Position numbers and translations under genes: made by a program. The notes beneath the pieces were generated by a model. That model saw nothing but the letters and a program-made list of their open reading frames with translations, was not told the DNA's origin and ran no database searches. Shown in pieces: positions 25,274 through 28,736 of a stretch of 28,736 nt of DNA. The DNA is taken from NCBI GenBank assembly GCA_964584035.1, contig CAZOYL010000019.1, positions 898-29,633 on the forward strand, in the 5' to 3' direction. Position 1 is the first letter of the stretch, and each line of letters begins with the position of its first letter. The DNA is from an uncultured Gemmatimonadota bacterium (lineage in GTDB: Bacteria > SM23-81).

Positions 25274-26431
25274 TCATTTCCCATCGGCGATCAGGCTCAG
25301 GGCCAGCTCTGCCGTTCTCCGAGAAGCCCCCTGATTCCCCAGCCGCTGCCGTATCTCCGAAAGGCTCTCGAGCATGGCCTGACGTTCGGGACCTTCTTGC
25401 AGCAGAGGCCATGCCTGGCTGGCCACCCGGGATGGCGTCACCTGGTGCTGAACCAGTTCAGGAACGATCTTGTTTCCAGCCACCAGGTTGACCAGTCCGA
25501 TGCAGGGAACTCTGACCATCAGGCGGGCAATCAGCCAAGAAAGGATCGACATGCGATAGAGGATCACCATGGGCGTTCCCGAGATGGCCGCTTCCAGCGT
25601 GGCCGTTCCGGAGGCCACCAGCAGCAGTCGGGCATGATGCATCAGCTCATAGGGCGCATCTGTGACGATCCTTATTTTTCCCCCTTCACCTTCAGAGGAG
25701 TGTATCAGTTCCCGATAGCGATTCTCCGAAAGGGTCGGTACGGCTCCCACGGTCATCTGGAGGGAGGGCATTGACCGTTGCAACAGCCGCCCGGCTGCCA
25801 TCATAGCGGGAAGCAGGCGCTCGATCTCCTGCTCCCGGCTGCCCGGCAAAAGGCCGATGATGGGTCGATCGGGACGAAGCTGCCAGCGCCGGCAGAAATC
25901 CTCTCGTGAGGTAACCGAGCGGACCACCTCCAACAGCGGATGACCGACAAAATGCGGGCGGCGGCCGGTTCGCCGGCGATAGAATTCTCTTTCGAAGGGG
26001 AGCACCACGACCAGTCGATCGACCAGCCGGGAGATCAGACGCGCCCGATGAGGCTGCCAGGCCCACACCTGCGGGCTGATATAATACAAAATGGGGATCT
26101 TTTTTTTCTTGATCTTTTTGGCTAACCTGATGTTAAAACCTGGATAATCGATCAGGATAACCACGTCCGGCCGGTCGCGCTCCAACGTCCGGTCCAGTTC
26201 CCGGAAGACACCGAATATGAACGGCAGATGTTTCAGCACCTCGGTGAAGCCCAGAAAAGCGAAATCCTTTAGCGAATAGATCAGATTGACGCCGGCGGTC
26301 TGCATCTTGGGGCCGCCGATGCCGGACATACGGCAATTCGGCGCCATTTTTTTCAATTGGAGCGCCAGGCGTGAACCGTGGAGATCGCCGGAAGCCTCTC
26401 CGGCCACGATGAAAAAGAATGGGCTCCTCAT
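25274..26431 (-). CDS. lpxB: Lipid-A-disaccharide synthase
   Basis: AGEASGDLHG, IDYPGFN, YYISPQVWAW, FVGHPL, LLPGSREQE, ASGTATLE; ATG 26431 overlaps the upstream stop codon (ATGA). Confidence 0.96.
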   Translation of the reverse strand: MRSPFFFIVAGEASGDLHGSRLALQLKKMAPNCRMSGIGGPKMQTAGVNLIYSLKDFAFLGFTEVLKHLPFIFGVFRELDRTLERDRPDVVILIDYPGFNIRLAKKIKKKKIPILYYISPQVWAWQPHRARLISRLVDRLVVVLPFEREFYRRRTGRRPHFVGHPLLEVVRSVTSREDFCRRWQLRPDRPIIGLLPGSREQEIERLLPAMMAAGRLLQRSMPSLQMTVGAVPTLSENRYRELIHSSEGEGGKIRIVTDAPYELMHHARLLLVASGTATLEAAISGTPMVILYRMSILSWLIARLMVRVPCIGLVNLVAGNKIVPELVQHQVTPSRVASQAWPLLQEGPERQAMLESLSEIRQRLGNQGASRRTAELALSLIADGK

Positions 26432-27447
26432 ATTGGTGCCGACGCTCTGACCCACCGGGCATGCTCCGTCAGTCGATCCACGATATCCAGGGCCAGCTTC
26501 AGCGCCCGGCGGCCGTCCTCCCCGCTGACGGCCGCGGGACGGCGTTCCTGAATGCTTTCCAGAAAAGCTTTAAGCTGCAGCTGCAGGGCATCCCCTGTCT
26601 TCATCTCCGGATGCTGGCAAATGATGCTCTGACCCTTCGACAGGAGGATTTCCTGAACCACATCGCCCAGAGGATGTTCGCTCGACGAGGCCGGCTGACG
26701 GTCCCGGCGGAGCCGGAAAAGTTCCACCGAGCGGTTCAGGAAATCGGCGGAAATATAGCTGTCGGGACCGAAAAAGCGCAGTTTTCTCATGGCCTTTGTG
26801 GAAATGCGGCTGGCGGTTAAATTGGCCACGGTTCCGTTTGAGAAGGTTACCCTGGCGTTGGCGATGTCCTCGCCTGAAGAGAGAACGGCCACGCCGGCCG
26901 CTTCCACGGAGCGAACCGGCTGATTCACCAGCGCCAGAACGAGGTCGATATCGTGAATCATGAGATCCAGAATGACGGCCACGTCGGCACCGCGAGGAGT
27001 GAACGGGGCCAGACGGTGCGATTCGATGAACACCGGTTTCATCTTCATATCCGAGAGAGCTAAAAAAGCGGGGTTGAAGCGCTCGATGTGCCCGACCTGC
27101 AACAGTAACCCTGCTTTCTGGGCCTGTTGGATGAGATCGTCGGCCTCCTCCAGGGTAGTGGTAATCGGTTTCTCCACAAGCACATGAACGCCGGCTTGAA
27201 GACATCTGGCGGCGATGCGATGATGCGCATTGGTGGGGACGGCCACGCTGACGGCGGTCGTCATCTCCAGAAGCTGATCCAAGTCCGTTATCGCTTTGAT
27301 CCCCAATCCCTCGGCCTTCTGCTGCGCTTTTTGACCGTCTGCGTCGTAGATACCCACCAGCCGGGCCTCGGACAGGTGCTGATAGGCCCGGGCATGGAAA
27401 CTGCCCAGATGCCCTACCCCTACGACACCGACATCGATCGGATCCAT
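26428..27447 (-). CDS. gnnA: Gfo/Idh/MocA oxidoreductase, probable UDP-GlcNAc 3-dehydrogenase (GnnA-like)
   Basis: GVGHLG, HVLVEKP, VGHIERFNPA, LDLMIHDID; position between lpxA and lpxB matches gnnA. ATG 27447 preferred over 27453 on SD spacing. Confidence 0.72.
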   Translation of the reverse strand: MDPIDVGVVGVGHLGSFHARAYQHLSEARLVGIYDADGQKAQQKAEGLGIKAITDLDQLLEMTTAVSVAVPTNAHHRIAARCLQAGVHVLVEKPITTTLEEADDLIQQAQKAGLLLQVGHIERFNPAFLALSDMKMKPVFIESHRLAPFTPRGADVAVILDLMIHDIDLVLALVNQPVRSVEAAGVAVLSSGEDIANARVTFSNGTVANLTASRISTKAMRKLRFFGPDSYISADFLNRSVELFRLRRDRQPASSSEHPLGDVVQEILLSKGQSIICQHPEMKTGDALQLQLKAFLESIQERRPAAVSGEDGRRALKLALDIVDRLTEHARWVRASAPI

Positions 27448-27486
27448 GATCATACTCCCTTACGGGTGAAATTCGAACACTGCCGT

Positions 27487-27515
27487 AATTTACCAAAAAC
27501 AGGCGTATCTGTCAA
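27487..27515 (-). promoter_or_regulatory. sigma70-type promoter for gnnA-lpxB and downstream genes
   Basis: TTGACA-17 nt-TAAATT directly after the lpxA terminator. Confidence 0.78.
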
Positions 27516-27527
27516 CATCTTTCGGCC

Positions 27528-27557
27528 AAAAAAAGCCCGAGGTCAAAGACCTCGGGC
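27528..27557 (-). terminator. Intrinsic terminator after lpxA
   Basis: Minus strand GCCCGAGGTC-TTT-GACCTCGGGC followed by T7. Confidence 0.9.
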
Positions 27558-27584
27558 CGCTTGGATTGAAATAATATCTGCGGT

Positions 27585-28355
27585 TTAACGAATGAGCCCC
27601 CGCCGGCTGTTCTCGATGAAATGAAGGATCTCATCGATCTCATCGATCCGGGGAAGATCGCGAGATATTCTCTGGACGGCCTGCGAGACATTCAACTGGC
27701 TCCGGAAAAGCATCTTATAGACTTGTCGCAGTGTCCGGATGGTTTCCGGTGAGACCCCGCGACGCTCCAGGCCGATGGTATTCAATCCGATCACTCTCAG
27801 GGGATATCCGGCGACCCGCATGTACGGACAGACATCCCGGGTAACCCGAAATCCGCCGCCGACCATGGCATGACGGCCGATCTTGCAGAACTGGTGGATG
27901 GGCACCATTCCGCCGATGTAGGCATGATTATGAACTTCCACATGACCGGCGATATTCACGGCGTTGGCCAGGATAACGTGATCGCCGATGACACAGTCGT
28001 GGGCTACATGCGAATAAGTCATCAGTAGGGCTTCGTTTCCGATAACCGTCCGATTGCTCTCAGCCGTGCCCAAATTAAGGGTGACATATTCACGAATGGT
28101 GGTGTTCTCTCCGACCTCCAGCCAGGTCTTCTCTCCCTGATATTTCAGATCCTGCGGCTCGGTTCCCAGGACGGCGCCGGTAAAAATGCGGCATCCAGAG
28201 CCGATGCGGGTATTTTTATGAATGACGACACTATTGGCGATGTGCACGCCGTCGCCGATGATGACCTCCGGCCCGATGATAGAATGGGGGCCGATTTCGA
28301 TATCCTGGCCCAATTGAGCACTGCTGTCTATGATGACCGTGGGATGAATGCTCAC
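27585..28355 (-). CDS. lpxA: Acyl-ACP--UDP-N-acetylglucosamine acyltransferase
   Basis: Hexapeptide repeats, PQDLKYQGE, IREYVT, SHVAHDC, HQFCKIG, GLNTIGLERRG. Confidence 0.96.
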   Translation of the reverse strand: MSIHPTVIIDSSAQLGQDIEIGPHSIIGPEVIIGDGVHIANSVVIHKNTRIGSGCRIFTGAVLGTEPQDLKYQGEKTWLEVGENTTIREYVTLNLGTAESNRTVIGNEALLMTYSHVAHDCVIGDHVILANAVNIAGHVEVHNHAYIGGMVPIHQFCKIGRHAMVGGGFRVTRDVCPYMRVAGYPLRVIGLNTIGLERRGVSPETIRTLRQVYKMLFRSQLNVSQAVQRISRDLPRIDEIDEILHFIENSRRGLIR

Positions 28356-28383
28356 CGGTTCCTGCGCTCCTGCATGACGAAGC

Positions 28384-28736
28384 TTAACGGTTCACGACGG
28401 CGGCCATAAGCTCACCTTCGGCCACCAGATGACCATCCACGAAGGCCTTGCCGATCATCCGGCAACGGTTCAGGCGATACTGTACCATCTCCAGCTCAAA
28501 GCGGATCTGATCACCGGGTGTGACCGGGCGGCGAAGCTTGACCTTGTCGATGGCCGTGAAATAGACCAGCTTTTTTTCCGGATCCTGAACGGTGTTGAGC
28601 AGCAGAACGCCCCCGGCCTGGGCCATGGCCTCGATGATGAGAACTCCCGGCATAATGGGATGGCCGGGGAAATGTCCCTGGAAAAACGGTTCATTGATGG
28701 TCACGTTCTTGATGGCCACCAGGCGTTTGCTGCTCT
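28384..28736 (-). CDS. fabZ: 3-hydroxyacyl-ACP dehydratase, C-terminal part (5' end outside window; could be an LpxC-FabZ fusion)
   Basis: [40 protein letters not shown]. Confidence 0.94.
   Translation of the reverse strand, partial: SSKRLVAIKNVTINEPFFQGHFPGHPIMPGVLIIEAMAQAGGVLLLNTVQDPEKKLVYFTAIDKVKLRRPVTPGDQIRFELEMVQYRLNRCRMIGKAFVDGHLVAEGELMAAVVNR

Noticed and set aside
110..28409. Many plus-strand ORFs (e.g. 5923-7092, 18278-19282, 17020-17727, 12453-13112) and alternate-frame minus ORFs (e.g. 26570-27496, 4737-5234)
   Set aside because: They are shadows of well-supported genes in GC-rich DNA and carry no recognisable motifs.

Overview
GC-rich (roughly 55-60% by eye) chromosomal window from a lipid A-producing (diderm) bacterium, possibly FCB-group or a candidate phylum; that placement is inferred from gene content only. 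All 29 credible genes lie on the minus strand. In transcription order (right to left): (1) lipid A cluster fabZ(partial)-lpxA, then a terminator and new promoter, then gnnA-like-lpxB-DUF374/LpxJ-like-waaA-lpxK. (2) This runs directly into an odd metabolic string: lone ilvC, orphan iorB, ACT-less homoserine dehydrogenase, aldehyde dehydrogenase and an uncharacterised Cys-poor U32-like TIM-barrel protein. (3) A TPR lipoprotein. (4) A cobalamin riboswitch with terminator controlling a solitary ECF-type S-component plus a BtuB-like TonB-dependent receptor. (5) A long housekeeping run NlpC/P60-HNH-trpS-scpA-scpB-rluB-cmk-plsC-rpsA, where S1 has long acidic tails and a 42-bp tandem repeat. (6) Na/Pi cotransporter-USP-asnS-leuS(partial). 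No mobile element, CRISPR, tRNA or rRNA was seen. The best candidates for something undescribed are the hom-ALDH-U32-like module (with ilvC and iorB) and the minimal two-gene B12 uptake operon. All calls are by motif recognition, with no database searches.
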